A stretch of DNA of 64,000 nt from Bacteroidota bacterium (GTDB lineage Bacteria; Bacteroidota; Bacteroidia; Chitinophagales; BACL12): contig JADKAC010000002.1 in the NCBI GenBank assembly GCA_016715425.1, positions 377,351 to 441,350 of the forward strand, written 5' to 3'. Every line of letters begins with the position of its first letter. Position 1 is the stretch's first letter. The notes under the pieces were generated by a model, which did no database searches, was not told the DNA's origin, and saw only the letters and a list, made by a program, of their open reading frames with translations. Positions 46,775 to 58,020 of this stretch are shown here, in pieces. The position numbers and the translations under genes are program-made.

Positions 46775-47788
46775 TTGAGCGACCCAAATGCAGAAAACAG
46801 AAAAGCCGATCACATTTCTTTAGCCTTTGAAAGTCAGGTACAGGCAATAGAAAAGGACAATAGATTTTATTATGAACCTATGTTGGCTTCGCACCCTCAG
46901 GGAAATACACTAGCAACCACTTTTTTGGGAAAGCACATGCAAGCACCAATATGGGTTGGCAGCATGACTGGCGGAACTGCATTAGCCGGAAAAATAAATC
47001 GCAATCTGGCTGAGGTATGTGCTGAGTTCGGATTAGGCATGGGCTTGGGCTCTTGCCGCAGCCTGTTAGAAAGTAATCAGTTTTTTGAAGATTTTAATAT
47101 GCGCCCAATCATTGGAGATACATTACCTTTTTATGCAAACCTTGGCGTAGCTCAAGTGGAAAAATTGCTTCAGGATGGCAAGTCTGACTTAATCCAACAT
47201 CTAATGCAATCGCTTAAAGCAGATGGCTTAATAATTCATGTGAATCCTTTGCAAGAATGGCTTCAGCCTGAAGGTGACCGTTTTACAAAACCTCCTCTTG
47301 ACACAATAGTTGAACTCCTTGATATTTTAGAATATCCACTGATTGTAAAAGAAGTTGGACAGGGCTTTGGGCCTGCGAGTATCAAAGCACTTTTACAATT
47401 GCCGATAGCCGGAATTGAGTTCGGCGCATTAGGTGGAACAAACTTTTCAAAACTAGAGTTGTTACGTACTTCATCTTCTCGTGCTAAGAGTTATGAGATG
47501 TTGGTAAAAGTAGGACATACCGCAGAAGAGATGGTGGAATTTATAAATGCAGCATCCATGAATTTAGGAGTCAAAGTGAAGTGTAAAGAAATTATCGTTT
47601 CCGGCGGTATCACAGGCTTTCTGGATGGTTACTATTGCTTGGAAAAATTACAATTTAATGCTGTGTATGCGCAGGCTTCGGCATTTTTGAAATACGCCAA
47701 AGAGGATATAGAGCAGTTGAGAGAATATGTGAAAACACAGGTTGATGGATTAGCTTTGTGTAAAAATTATTTAACCGTTCGTTCATAA
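46775..47788 (+). CDS. fni: type 2 isopentenyl-diphosphate delta-isomerase (FMN-dependent)
   Basis: NRKADHISLA start block, GSMTGG and IVKEVGQGFG blocks typical of IDI-2. No in-frame ATG near the N-terminus; TTG at 46775 (or 46751) is the likely start. Confidence 0.85.
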   Translation: MSDPNAENRKADHISLAFESQVQAIEKDNRFYYEPMLASHPQGNTLATTFLGKHMQAPIWVGSMTGGTALAGKINRNLAEVCAEFGLGMGLGSCRSLLESNQFFEDFNMRPIIGDTLPFYANLGVAQVEKLLQDGKSDLIQHLMQSLKADGLIIHVNPLQEWLQPEGDRFTKPPLDTIVELLDILEYPLIVKEVGQGFGPASIKALLQLPIAGIEFGALGGTNFSKLELLRTSSSRAKSYEMLVKVGHTAEEMVEFINAASMNLGVKVKCKEIIVSGGITGFLDGYYCLEKLQFNAVYAQASAFLKYAKEDIEQLREYVKTQVDGLALCKNYLTVRS

Positions 47789-47841
47789 TGCTAATATATT
47801 TCTGTTCTATTCAATACTAATCGAAACAATAACGTAACGCA

Positions 47842-49185
47842 ATGTCCACAATAAAAGGATTTTCCAAATTAAATAAAACTGAAAAAATAACTTGGCTCGC
47901 CAAGCATTTTCTCACCAGCAATCCATTGGATATTGCAAGGGAATTTTCCAGCTATATGCATGCAAATACAGAATTGCAAAAAGTGTTTGACGGTATTAGT
48001 GAAAACACTCTTACTAATTTTTATTTACCCTATGGTATAGCTCCCAACTTTGTAATCAATGGGATGAGTTATGCAGTACCAATGGTGATTGAGGAAAGTT
48101 CTGTTGTTGCTGCGGCATCTAGTGCAGCTAAATTTTGGAGCGACAGAGGCGGGTTTCATGCAGAAGTTATTTCTACAACTAAAGTTGGTCATGTACATTT
48201 TTTATGGCGTGGTGATGCAGAAAAACTGATGCAGTTTTATTCTGAAATAGAACCTATTCTTAAGGCAGAAGTATTACCCCTTACAAAAAATATGGAAGCT
48301 CGTGGAGGTGGATTGCGAAGTTTAGAATTAGTGGACTGCAGTCATATTGAACCGGATTATTATCAATTAAAGGCAACTTTCGAAACTGCGGATGCAATGG
48401 GTGCCAATTTTATCAATTCTATTCTTGAGCAATTTGCGCAATGTCTTACTGAAGAAATTGCGGTATATAAATATTTCACCGGTGCAGAAAAAAAGGTGGA
48501 GATAGTAATGAGCATTCTGAGCAATTACACTCCGGATTGTCTTGTAAAAGTTTGGGTAGAATGTGATGTAAAAGATCTTGGCGAATTTCCTGAAGCAAAT
48601 TTGGATGCAATGCAGTTTGCAAAGAAATTCAGAACAGCCGTTAACATTGCCTGCAATGATGTATATCGTGCAACAACACATAACAAAGGAATTTTTAATG
48701 GTATTGATGCAGTGATATTAGCCACCGGAAATGATTTCCGTGCTATTGAAGCATGTGGTCATGCTTATGCCGGTCGCAGCGGCACATATTCAAGTTTAAG
48801 CAATTGCACAATTGAAAACGGGAAATTTAAATTCTGGTTAGAAATGCCATTGGCGGTTGGTACTATCGGTGGGCTAACCCGTCTGCATCCTTTAGCAAAA
48901 AGATCATTAGAAATATTGGGAAATCCAGGTGCAAAGGAATTAATGAAAATAATTACCAGTGTAGGATTAGCGCAAAACTTTGCTGCAATAAAAGCATTGG
49001 TAACTTCCGGCATTCAAAAAGGACACATGAAAATGCATCTCACTAATATGTTGAGTCATTTTGGTGCCTCAGAAACCGAGATAGAAAAAGCACTTGCATA
49101 TTTTGCAGATAAAACAATTTCCTTCCATAATGTGCGGGATTTCTTAAACAGCTACAGAAAACAGAACTTAGCACCTGAGAATTAA
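47842..49185 (+). CDS. mvaA: class II hydroxymethylglutaryl-CoA reductase
   Basis: EESSVVAAAS, DAMGANFINS, and the GTIGG / flap-domain His region (KGHMKMHL). Confidence 0.9.
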   Translation: MSTIKGFSKLNKTEKITWLAKHFLTSNPLDIAREFSSYMHANTELQKVFDGISENTLTNFYLPYGIAPNFVINGMSYAVPMVIEESSVVAAASSAAKFWSDRGGFHAEVISTTKVGHVHFLWRGDAEKLMQFYSEIEPILKAEVLPLTKNMEARGGGLRSLELVDCSHIEPDYYQLKATFETADAMGANFINSILEQFAQCLTEEIAVYKYFTGAEKKVEIVMSILSNYTPDCLVKVWVECDVKDLGEFPEANLDAMQFAKKFRTAVNIACNDVYRATTHNKGIFNGIDAVILATGNDFRAIEACGHAYAGRSGTYSSLSNCTIENGKFKFWLEMPLAVGTIGGLTRLHPLAKRSLEILGNPGAKELMKIITSVGLAQNFAAIKALVTSGIQKGHMKMHLTNMLSHFGASETEIEKALAYFADKTISFHNVRDFLNSYRKQNLAPEN

Positions 49186-49190
49186 TTACG

Positions 49191-50102
49191 GTGCAATCAT
49201 TTTCAGCAAACGGCAAATTACTTTTATCAGGTGAATACCTTGTTTTGCAAGGTGCACTTGCATTGGCAACTCCATGCAAGTTTGGGCAAGATTTGAAAAT
49301 TGAAAAAACAAATACATCCTCATTGATTTGGCAAAGTCTAAAACAAGATGGTAGCATTTGGATACAAGAAGAATTCAGCAAAACAATATTGCTATCCAAA
49401 ATAAAATCTGAGGATAGTATACTAATGCAAACTCTTAAATATGCACTTTCAGCGAACCCTGATTTTATACAAGAATTGCTGAATAAAAAAGTTACTACTC
49501 AATTACAATTTCCATCGGATTGGGGTTTGGGAAGCAGTTCCACATTAATATATCTTATTGCAAAGTGGAGTAATACAAATGCGATTGATATAAATACAAA
49601 AGTTACAGGAGGTTCAGGTTATGATATTGCATGTGCTGAATCACATCGCCCTATTTTATTTCGTAAAGATGAAGAAGGTGCAGTTTGGGATATGGTAAAT
49701 TTTAATCCGCCCGCACAGGAACAATTATTTTTTATTCATCTGAATAAAAAAAGCAACTCGAAAGAAGCAGTGAAAAAATTTATTGCTGAGAAAAAAGAGT
49801 TTAAAGAAGAAGTAGAAACCATTTCTGAAATTTCTGAAGCATTATTATTTTGCGATGTGTTTGAAGATTTTATAGTGTTGTTGCAAGAACATGAAGAGGT
49901 AATGCAATATGTTTTACAAGAAGAAAAAATGCAGTCAACAATGTTTGCAGATTTTCCGGGAGTGGTAAAATCGTTGGGAGCATGGGGTGGCGATTTTATT
50001 TTAGCTGCAGCGAATATTGCGCCGACAGAAATAAGAAGTTATTTTCACAAAAAAGGATTTGATACAATTTTGAGTTATAACGAAATGGTATTGTTCACAT
50101 GA
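49191..50102 (+). CDS. GYDIA-motif GHMP-family kinase (mevalonate-pathway kinase, step unassigned)
   Basis: GKLLLSGEYLVLQGA N-terminus, GLGSSST motif II and the literal GSGYDIACAE motif. GTG start. ATGA overlap with the decarboxylase gene. Confidence 0.8.
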   Translation: MQSFSANGKLLLSGEYLVLQGALALATPCKFGQDLKIEKTNTSSLIWQSLKQDGSIWIQEEFSKTILLSKIKSEDSILMQTLKYALSANPDFIQELLNKKVTTQLQFPSDWGLGSSSTLIYLIAKWSNTNAIDINTKVTGGSGYDIACAESHRPILFRKDEEGAVWDMVNFNPPAQEQLFFIHLNKKSNSKEAVKKFIAEKKEFKEEVETISEISEALLFCDVFEDFIVLLQEHEEVMQYVLQEEKMQSTMFADFPGVVKSLGAWGGDFILAAANIAPTEIRSYFHKKGFDTILSYNEMVLFT

Positions 50103-51142
50103 TGCAAGTAACATGGCGTAGCCCATCAAATATCGCTTTAATAAAATACTGGGGAAAGCATGGCAATCAGTTGCCGAATAATGCATCCTTATCACTTACA
50201 TTGCATGAAGCATATACTCAAACCAGTGTGGAATTATTGCCAAAGAAAAAAGAAACCTCTTTGGAAATAGACTTTAAGTTTGAGGGAAAAAGAAATGCAG
50301 CATTTGCAAAAAAAATAAATACTTATCTCAGCAAGCTCGCAAATGATTTTCCGTGGTTAAAGAATTATAAAATAAAAATTATAACTGAAAATTCATTTCC
50401 GCATTCAGCAGGTATAGCTTCCAGCGCATCTTCAATGTCGGCACTTGCCTTATGCATTTGTTCGTTGGATTTATTTCAAGAAGAAAGAACTATTCAGGTA
50501 AAGAAATTTTATGAGCAAGCCTCGCATTATGCACGCATCGGATCGGGCAGTGCATCTCGCAGTGTAATAGGCGAATTTTCGGTGTGGGGAAACTCGGCAC
50601 TTGTTAAAAAAGCAAATGATTTATATGCAATAAAACATCCTATAAAATTTCATACAGCGTTTAATGAAATTCAAGATACAATACTCATTGTAAATAACGA
50701 AGCAAAAAGTGTTACAAGCAGCGCAGGTCACGCACTGATGCAAGACCATCCTTCTGCCGCTTTGCGATATAATAATGCAGCGTTAAGAATGAAACGTATT
50801 TTGCAAGCATTGCAAAAAGGAAATTGGAATGTATTCGGAAAAGTTATTGAAGAAGAAGCATTGGAATTACATGCATTAATGATGACGTCCGATCCTTCAT
50901 ATATTTTAATGCAGCCCGGCACATTAAGTATTATTGAAAAGATCAGAAAATTTAGAGAAAAAACTCAGCTACCTGTGTATTTTACTTTAGATGCCGGACC
51001 TAATGTACATGTGTTATATCCATACTATGAAAAAAAAGCAGTGCGCAATTTTATCCAATCTGAACTATTAAAATTCTGTTCAACACCATCACCAATTTAT
51101 GATTACATGGGCAACGGGCCAATACAGGTTATTGAAGAATAA
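50099..51142 (+). CDS. mvaD: diphosphomevalonate decarboxylase
   Basis: SNIALIKYWGK, AGIASSASS and FTLDAGPNVHV blocks. Confidence 0.9.
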   Translation: MMQVTWRSPSNIALIKYWGKHGNQLPNNASLSLTLHEAYTQTSVELLPKKKETSLEIDFKFEGKRNAAFAKKINTYLSKLANDFPWLKNYKIKIITENSFPHSAGIASSASSMSALALCICSLDLFQEERTIQVKKFYEQASHYARIGSGSASRSVIGEFSVWGNSALVKKANDLYAIKHPIKFHTAFNEIQDTILIVNNEAKSVTSSAGHALMQDHPSAALRYNNAALRMKRILQALQKGNWNVFGKVIEEEALELHALMMTSDPSYILMQPGTLSIIEKIRKFREKTQLPVYFTLDAGPNVHVLYPYYEKKAVRNFIQSELLKFCSTPSPIYDYMGNGPIQVIEE

Positions 51143-51972
51143 TGCGTAAAAAATATCCTTCTAAAATATTATTATTTGGAGAATATGCTATCCTATTAAA
51201 GGGTGAAGCATTGGCTGTTCCCTATCCAAAATTTACTGCATACTGGGTGGAGAAAACAGAATCAGATTCCGCATTTAAACCTTACTTACTACAATATGCA
51301 GATTATCTTTTTTCAGAAAATTATTTTCTGGAAATAATTGATGTTACTGCATTTAAAAATGCACTTGAATCCGGATTGGATATTAAATCAAATATTCCGA
51401 TTGGTTATGGTGCGGGTAGTTCAGGTGCTTTGGTGGCTGCTGTGTACGAGAGGTTTGCAAAAGCTCCAATTGATAAAAATGATTTTCTTGCATTGAAAAA
51501 TGTATTAGGTCGCATGGAAGATTTTTTTCATAGCAAAAGTTCTGGTTTTGATCCGCTGGTTTGTTATTTAAATAAACCATTACATATACATGCAGATGGT
51601 AGTATTCATAGTATTGAGAAAGAAATTCCATTGCTGGAACACATGCAATTATTTAATACTGCAATCAATCGTTTTACAAATCAATTGGTGGAAACTTTTC
51701 AGGAACGTATGAAAGATGAAGATTATCGCACTGAAATTTTTGAAACTCTTTTACAACTCAATAGCGATTGTATATCATATTTGTTATCGGATAACAGAAA
51801 CATGTTTTTTGAAACATTGCGCAAACTATCTGAATTTCAATTGAAGTATTTCAATTTTGCAATTCCACCAATCATACAGGGAATTTGGAAAAATAAACTC
51901 ACACACGATACTTTAATTATGAAATTATGCGGAGCCGGTGGTGGTGGATTTATGATTGAATTTAAAGAGTAA
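51142..51972 (+). CDS. GHMP-family kinase (mevalonate or phosphomevalonate kinase)
   Basis: SKILLFGEYAILLKG, IGYGAGSSGA and CGAGGGGF motifs. TAATG overlap with mvaD. Confidence 0.8.
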   Translation: MRKKYPSKILLFGEYAILLKGEALAVPYPKFTAYWVEKTESDSAFKPYLLQYADYLFSENYFLEIIDVTAFKNALESGLDIKSNIPIGYGAGSSGALVAAVYERFAKAPIDKNDFLALKNVLGRMEDFFHSKSSGFDPLVCYLNKPLHIHADGSIHSIEKEIPLLEHMQLFNTAINRFTNQLVETFQERMKDEDYRTEIFETLLQLNSDCISYLLSDNRNMFFETLRKLSEFQLKYFNFAIPPIIQGIWKNKLTHDTLIMKLCGAGGGGFMIEFKE

Positions 51973-52998
51973 TTATCTCACTTGCATTTCCATATAAATA
52001 GGAAAATGGTCGCTGTAACCACCATGATACATTTCGCCGCTATAAGTTCGGTTTGGTAGGTAGCCGTATTTTTTATTGTTATATAATTGAAAATCATTTT
52101 TTACAATCTGCGCACTTTTGGTTTGTACATAAGGTTTTGCATTTTGTAATAATACCTCGGAAACAATAAATTGATCGAGCACCTGCCAGCCACCATCATA
52201 AAAGTAACTGCCTTCATTTGCCTGTTCTATATCCGTCATCAGATTTACTAAACATTCATCACAATAATTACTTCTCAATTTATTCGTCTGCAATACTTCC
52301 GTTATACTTTCATCCGAAGGTGTATCATTAAAATCTCCCATAATGATAATAGCGGGATCTGTAAGTTTTGCATTCAAAGAATCAATAGTATTCTTCAAAG
52401 TATTTGCAGCAATAGCTCTTCGCATTTTTGTTTCTACACTTCCTCCAGAACGTGATGGCCAATGATTTACAAAAATGTATATATCCTTTTTTGTTTGCTT
52501 CAACTTCACCTGTACAAATAATATATCACGTGTAGCGCCACCATTATTATCCGGCAGCCTTACATAAATAGGTTTTGAATCAATAATTGTGATAATATCC
52601 TTTTTATAAAGTAATGCAACATCAATTCCCCGTTCATCGGGTGAGTCGAAATGTACAATTGCATAACCGGCATTTTTAATTGCATTCTGCTTGATAAGAT
52701 CTTCCAGCACATTTTTATTTTCTACTTCAGCCAATCCTACAATGGATGGCGAACCCATAGAAGCAATTACAAGTGCAAGATGATTTAATTTAGTTTGATA
52801 GCGTTCTGTATTCCATTCCTTCTTTGAGTCGGGAGTAAATTCTTCATCAATAGTATTTGGTGAATTAATGGTGTCGAATAAATTTTCGACATTGTAAAAC
52901 ATAACTCCGATAGATTCTTTTTGACCTGCGCAGGAAACGCCGCATAACAACATAATGCAAACAGCAAAAACAGAAATTGTATTTATGCGAATTTTCAA
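51973..52998 (-). CDS. endonuclease/exonuclease/phosphatase family lipoprotein
   Basis: TTG start gives lipoprotein signal [26 protein letters not shown] blocks [24 protein letters not shown] and [10 protein letters not shown]. Confidence 0.85.
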   Translation of the reverse strand: MKIRINTISVFAVCIMLLCGVSCAGQKESIGVMFYNVENLFDTINSPNTIDEEFTPDSKKEWNTERYQTKLNHLALVIASMGSPSIVGLAEVENKNVLEDLIKQNAIKNAGYAIVHFDSPDERGIDVALLYKKDIITIIDSKPIYVRLPDNNGGATRDILFVQVKLKQTKKDIYIFVNHWPSRSGGSVETKMRRAIAANTLKNTIDSLNAKLTDPAIIIMGDFNDTPSDESITEVLQTNKLRSNYCDECLVNLMTDIEQANEGSYFYDGGWQVLDQFIVSEVLLQNAKPYVQTKSAQIVKNDFQLYNNKKYGYLPNRTYSGEMYHGGYSDHFPIYMEMQVR

Positions 52999-54254
52999 AT
53001 GTCCAATAATAATTTAATTGGATCAGCACCAAATATTAATTGCTCCGGATTTTCAAGTTGTTCTTTCACTCGCACTAAAAAACTCACTGAATTTTTTCCA
53101 TCGATAATGCGATGATCATAACTTAATGCGAGATACATCATCGGACGAATTACTACTTGACCATTTATAGCAACAGGACGTTCCTGAATTTTATGCATTC
53201 CAAGTATTGCACTTTGCGGTGCATTAATAATTGGTGTACTCATCATAGAACCAAAAACACCACCATTGGTAATTGTAAAAGTACCGCCCTGCATTTCTTC
53301 TAAGGTTAGAGTGCCATCTCTGCCTTTTACAGCAAGATCTTTTATTGTCAATTCCACTTCTGCCATACTTTTACTTTCTGCATTGCGAATAACAGGTACC
53401 ACTAATCCTTTCGGTGTGGAAACAGCTATGGAGATATCACAATATGCATGATGCAATATTTGGTCTTCATTCCAATAGGCATTTACCATTGGAAATTCGA
53501 GCAGTGCATTACAACATGCTTTTACAAAAAAGCTCATGAAGCCAAGACCAATTCCATGTTGCTTTTCGAATGCGGATTTATATTTTTCCCGTATAGCCAT
53601 CACTGCACTCATGTCCGCTTCATTAAATGTAGTAAGAATTGCAGCTTCATTTTTCACACTCACTAATCTGCTTGCAATTGTTTTGCGCAGTCTGCTTACT
53701 TTTTCAGTATGCTCATCACGGCTATTGCGTTTCATGGATTGTGCAATTTCTTTCGGATGCATTCCATTATTTAATGCTTGTAACACATCTTCTTTTGTAA
53801 TTCTTCCACCGATTCCTGTGCCAATAAGATTAGCAATATCTACTTTATTTTCTTTGGCAATTGTTTCTGCAAGAGGTGTAATATGCACAGCAGGTTTCTC
53901 CGCAGTTTTCTCAATTGCTTTTTCAATAGTTGCCGGTTTTTTTTCTGGTTGAATTGCTTCTTGTTTGGAAGAAGTTTTTTCCAGTTTCGTAACTTCTTGT
54001 TTTTTTGCAGGAGCTTTTGCAGAGGTATCTAAAGTTGCTATCACTGCTCCAATTTTCAATTCACTTCCTTCTTCTGCCTTAATTGTTATTACTCCAGATT
54101 TTTCCGCAGGAAATTCTAATGTAGCCTTATCACTATCAAATTCACAAAGGGATTGATCTGTTTCTACATAATCTCCATCTTTCACTAACCATTTGCTCAA
54201 TGTTACTTCGTTAATAGATTCTCCTATTGTAGGTACTTTCAATTCTATTGCCAT
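52995..54254 (-). CDS. sucB: 2-oxoglutarate dehydrogenase E2 (dihydrolipoyllysine succinyltransferase)
   Basis: Lipoyl motif [11 protein letters not shown]3-binding linker region, catalytic SYDHRIIDG. Confidence 0.93.
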   Translation of the reverse strand: MAIELKVPTIGESINEVTLSKWLVKDGDYVETDQSLCEFDSDKATLEFPAEKSGVITIKAEEGSELKIGAVIATLDTSAKAPAKKQEVTKLEKTSSKQEAIQPEKKPATIEKAIEKTAEKPAVHITPLAETIAKENKVDIANLIGTGIGGRITKEDVLQALNNGMHPKEIAQSMKRNSRDEHTEKVSRLRKTIASRLVSVKNEAAILTTFNEADMSAVMAIREKYKSAFEKQHGIGLGFMSFFVKACCNALLEFPMVNAYWNEDQILHHAYCDISIAVSTPKGLVVPVIRNAESKSMAEVELTIKDLAVKGRDGTLTLEEMQGGTFTITNGGVFGSMMSTPIINAPQSAILGMHKIQERPVAINGQVVIRPMMYLALSYDHRIIDGKNSVSFLVRVKEQLENPEQLIFGADPIKLLLDI

Positions 54255-54310
54255 GCGTTGTAAATTATATAACCTGAATGATTGTATTTTTAAAATTAAA
54301 GAAAAGTATA

Positions 54311-57022
54311 TTATGCAAATGCAGATTTTATAAGTTCTTGTTGTTCTTGTTTATGCACTTTTGAAAATCCGGTTGCAGGGGATGCCGATGGTTTTCGTGC
54401 AATAGATTTAATTCCATTACCACACATCCTATTTAAAATATAATACCAGGCACCCATATTTAATGGTTCTTCTTGCACCCAAAATAATTCATCCTGCTTA
54501 TATTTTTTAAAAACAGTTGTTAATTGATGTTCCGGAAAAGGATACAATTGCTCCAAACGAATAATTGCAATATCCTTAATTTTATTTTTTTGCTGATACT
54601 CCAATAAATCATAAAATACTTTTCCGCTACATAATAAAACACGTTTCACTTTTTTTGCATCTACATAATTATCGTCCATCACTTCATGAAATTTCCCTTC
54701 GCTTAATTCGCTCACATCACTTTGAACTAAGGGATGACGCAATAAAGATTTAGGACTCATCACAACCAATGGTCTTCTGAAATCCCATTCCATTTGACGA
54801 CGTAAAACGTGAAAGAAATTTGCAGGTGTAGTGCAATTCACAACTATGATATTAAGCTCTGCGCATGAAGATAAAAATCTTTCGAGACGTGCGCTGCTGT
54901 GTTCCGGCCCTTGTCCTTCATAGCCATGTGGTAATAATAAAACAATGCCACTCATACGCTGCCATTTACTAAATGAAGCAGAGATGAATTGATCAATAAT
55001 TGTTTGAGCCCCATTTGCAAAATCACCAAACTGAGCCTCCCAAACAACTAATGTTTGAGGGTTTGCAAGAGAATAACCAAATTCAAAACCTAACACTGCA
55101 AATTCACTCAGCAATGAATTATAGATATAAAATTTACCTTGGTCTTTATCAATATATTCCAAGCGATAAATTTCTTCATCCGTATTTACATCACGTATTG
55201 CTGCATGCCGGTGACTGAATGTTCCACGCTTTACATCTTGCCCACTGATGCGTACAGAATTTTTATCAAGCAGCAAAGAACCGTAGGCTGCAAGTTCTGC
55301 AATTGCCCAATCCACTTTTCCGGATTTTAATAATTCCTGATTTGATTCAAATAATTTTTTAATCTTAGGTAAGGGTTCAAATCCTTCAGGAAGAAAATAA
55401 ATATTTTCTAATACTTGTTTCAAATGCTTCTTACCGATTCCAGTTTCAGGAGATGATTCAAAATCCTTCTTTGTAATATCCTTGCGCAATTGCCTCCATG
55501 CTTCTTCCGGTGCCTGAAGAATATAAGGCAATGGTTTTTCTTTTACTAAATCCAATCTTGCCTGCAAATCATTCCAGAATTCTTTTTCAATTCTTTCTGC
55601 AATAGCAGTATCAAAATCTTCTGACTCTATTAATTTTTTAATATAAATTTCTCTTGGGTTTGGATGGTTGCCAATCAACTTATATAAATGTGGTTGCGTG
55701 TATTTAGGATCATCGCCTTCATTGTGTCCATACTTACGATAGCATACCATATCTACAAAAAAATCTTTATGAAATTTCTGGCGATATTCTACTGCTATTT
55801 CCACAGCAAATACCACGGCATCCGGATCATCACCATTCACATGAATTACTGGAGCTTCAATGGTAGTGGCAATGGAAGTACAATAATTACTGGAACGTGC
55901 ATCCACAAAATCTGTAGTAAACCCAATTTGATTATTAATTACAAAATGAATTGTACCCCCGGTGCGATATCCTCTCAGCTTACTCATTTGTAATACTTCA
56001 TACACTACACCTTGCCCTGCAACAGCTGCATCACCATGAATAGTTACAGGAACAATCTGATCCCAATTTTTTTCATATAACACATCTGCTTTTGCTCTTA
56101 CAAATCCTTGCATAACAGGATTTACTGCTTCCAGATGAGATGGGTTTGGCGAAAGTTTTAAATGTACTTTTTTACCGCTATCGGTAGTTACCTGACTGGA
56201 ATATCCAAGATGATATTTCACATCGCCATCACCCATTGTAAGATCAGGAACTACGTTACCTTCAAATTCATTAAAAATATGTTCGTAGGTTTTTCCCATG
56301 ATGTTTGCAAGCATATTTAAACGACCACGATGCGCCATGCAAAACACAAATTCTTCTACACCTAATTCAGCACCTTTTTGAATGATTGCATCCAGTGCCG
56401 GAATGGTAGTTTCACCACCTTCTAAACCAAACCGTTTTTGACCTACATATTTTTTTTCTAAAAACTGTTCTAATACTGTTGTTTGATTTAGCTTGCGCAG
56501 AATGCGTTTGCGCTTTTCTGTGGAGAGTTGAATATTTCTTCCTTCCTGTTCAATTTTTTGCAACAGCCATTGTCTTTCTTCAGGATCCAATACATAATCA
56601 AATTCATAACCGAGAGTGCCGCAATATATTTTATGAAGCATTGCAATAATCTCTCGCAATGTTGCATGTTCTAAACCGATAAATTTAGAAGCATAAAATT
56701 TTTTATCGAGGTCAGATTCTGAAAATCCGAGTTGCTCTAATTTTAATTGTGCATTTCTGTCTTTACGTGGTCGTATAGGATTTGTATCAGCAATCAAATG
56801 TCCTTTTTCACGATACGCTAAAATCAGATTATACACTTTAAATTCATCGGCACTTATGCTTTGACCATTGCCATTAGAAGAAAAATTAGCTTGTGCAAAG
56901 TCAAATCCTTCAAAAAATTTGGCCCATTCCGGGTCCACCTCAAGTGGATTATTCTGGTAATTCTCATATAATTGTTCCAGGTAACCCGACTCCGCATTGC
57001 TGATATAGGAAAATTTATCCAT
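54311..57022 (-). CDS. sucA: 2-oxoglutarate dehydrogenase E1 component
   Basis: 903 aa. ThDP-binding region ([21 protein letters not shown]) and SucA-type N-terminus. Confidence 0.93.
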   Translation of the reverse strand: MDKFSYISNAESGYLEQLYENYQNNPLEVDPEWAKFFEGFDFAQANFSSNGNGQSISADEFKVYNLILAYREKGHLIADTNPIRPRKDRNAQLKLEQLGFSESDLDKKFYASKFIGLEHATLREIIAMLHKIYCGTLGYEFDYVLDPEERQWLLQKIEQEGRNIQLSTEKRKRILRKLNQTTVLEQFLEKKYVGQKRFGLEGGETTIPALDAIIQKGAELGVEEFVFCMAHRGRLNMLANIMGKTYEHIFNEFEGNVVPDLTMGDGDVKYHLGYSSQVTTDSGKKVHLKLSPNPSHLEAVNPVMQGFVRAKADVLYEKNWDQIVPVTIHGDAAVAGQGVVYEVLQMSKLRGYRTGGTIHFVINNQIGFTTDFVDARSSNYCTSIATTIEAPVIHVNGDDPDAVVFAVEIAVEYRQKFHKDFFVDMVCYRKYGHNEGDDPKYTQPHLYKLIGNHPNPREIYIKKLIESEDFDTAIAERIEKEFWNDLQARLDLVKEKPLPYILQAPEEAWRQLRKDITKKDFESSPETGIGKKHLKQVLENIYFLPEGFEPLPKIKKLFESNQELLKSGKVDWAIAELAAYGSLLLDKNSVRISGQDVKRGTFSHRHAAIRDVNTDEEIYRLEYIDKDQGKFYIYNSLLSEFAVLGFEFGYSLANPQTLVVWEAQFGDFANGAQTIIDQFISASFSKWQRMSGIVLLLPHGYEGQGPEHSSARLERFLSSCAELNIIVVNCTTPANFFHVLRRQMEWDFRRPLVVMSPKSLLRHPLVQSDVSELSEGKFHEVMDDNYVDAKKVKRVLLCSGKVFYDLLEYQQKNKIKDIAIIRLEQLYPFPEHQLTTVFKKYKQDELFWVQEEPLNMGAWYYILNRMCGNGIKSIARKPSASPATGFSKVHKQEQQELIKSAFA

Positions 57023-57229
57023 TTCGATTGAATTTCAGAAAATAAAACAGATTTAATTATGGTAAGTTTTTGGACTGCAAATATCGGGAGATTTTCATGG
57101 TTATCCTTGTTTTATTGGAGAATAACTGCTTTGCATGATGTAATCATAAATTATAAGTGAATTACTTAATGCAAAATTTCTATTTTCGCTAAACGAACCG
57201 TAGATATAATACAACTGTTAGAACGCAAT

Positions 57230-57931
57230 ATGCAATTTAAAAATAGCTCGTCCACAGCAATTTTATTTTTTTCCCGCAGTGCAGAAGAGGAAGCACGGGT
57301 AAAACATTTTATTGCAGGCGATACCGCTGCATCTCAGCAAGTGGCAAATTGCATGATAAATCATTCCTTAGCAATAATCAGAAAAACAGGATTGCCGTAT
57401 TATATTATTAATTCCGAATATCAAAAAGGTGAAAATTTTGGTGAACGTTATTCAAATGCATTTGCAGATATTTTTAATTTGGGTTTTCAAAAAATTATTT
57501 CAATTGGCAACGATTGTGCATCATTGTCGCATAATGATATTATAAATGCATCTGCACAATTAAATAACTATGATTTTGTAACCGGCCCTGATCAAAAAGG
57601 TGGTTTATATTTAATAGCAATGCATCGCAAAGATTTTAATAAAAAACGCTTTGCATTATTGCCATGGGGAACAGGGAATCTTGCTGAAGTAATTACTCGA
57701 TTTTGCAATCTAAATGGTTTATCATTATTTAAAACGACCATTAAAAGAGATATTCATACAAGAGGAGATTTAGCCTTACTATTAAATTCTCAAACGTTTT
57801 TATTCCGCCTAAAACAATTAGCAGGAAATTTACTTAACAGGTATCAAAATGCAATTTTTAAAAATGGCATTCATTTTATTTCTGCATTACTACCCACTTC
57901 TATTTCTCTGAAGTCTCCACCTGCATTATAA
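57230..57931 (+). CDS. divergent DUF2064-like (GT-A-like) protein, first member of the organoarsenical locus
   Basis: Shares the central IGNDC....GPDQKGGLYLIAM block with the paralog at 59472 (IGADCY....GPAKDGGYYLIGM). Lacks the N-terminal KGKVKTRL motif. Confidence 0.7.
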   Translation: MQFKNSSSTAILFFSRSAEEEARVKHFIAGDTAASQQVANCMINHSLAIIRKTGLPYYIINSEYQKGENFGERYSNAFADIFNLGFQKIISIGNDCASLSHNDIINASAQLNNYDFVTGPDQKGGLYLIAMHRKDFNKKRFALLPWGTGNLAEVITRFCNLNGLSLFKTTIKRDIHTRGDLALLLNSQTFLFRLKQLAGNLLNRYQNAIFKNGIHFISALLPTSISLKSPPAL

Positions 57932-58020
57932 TACTTGCAACTTACTGAATTACCCAACAGCAATTACAATAATTGCTGAAATCATTTTTATACAATCACT
58001 TAAATATTAAAACTCCAATT

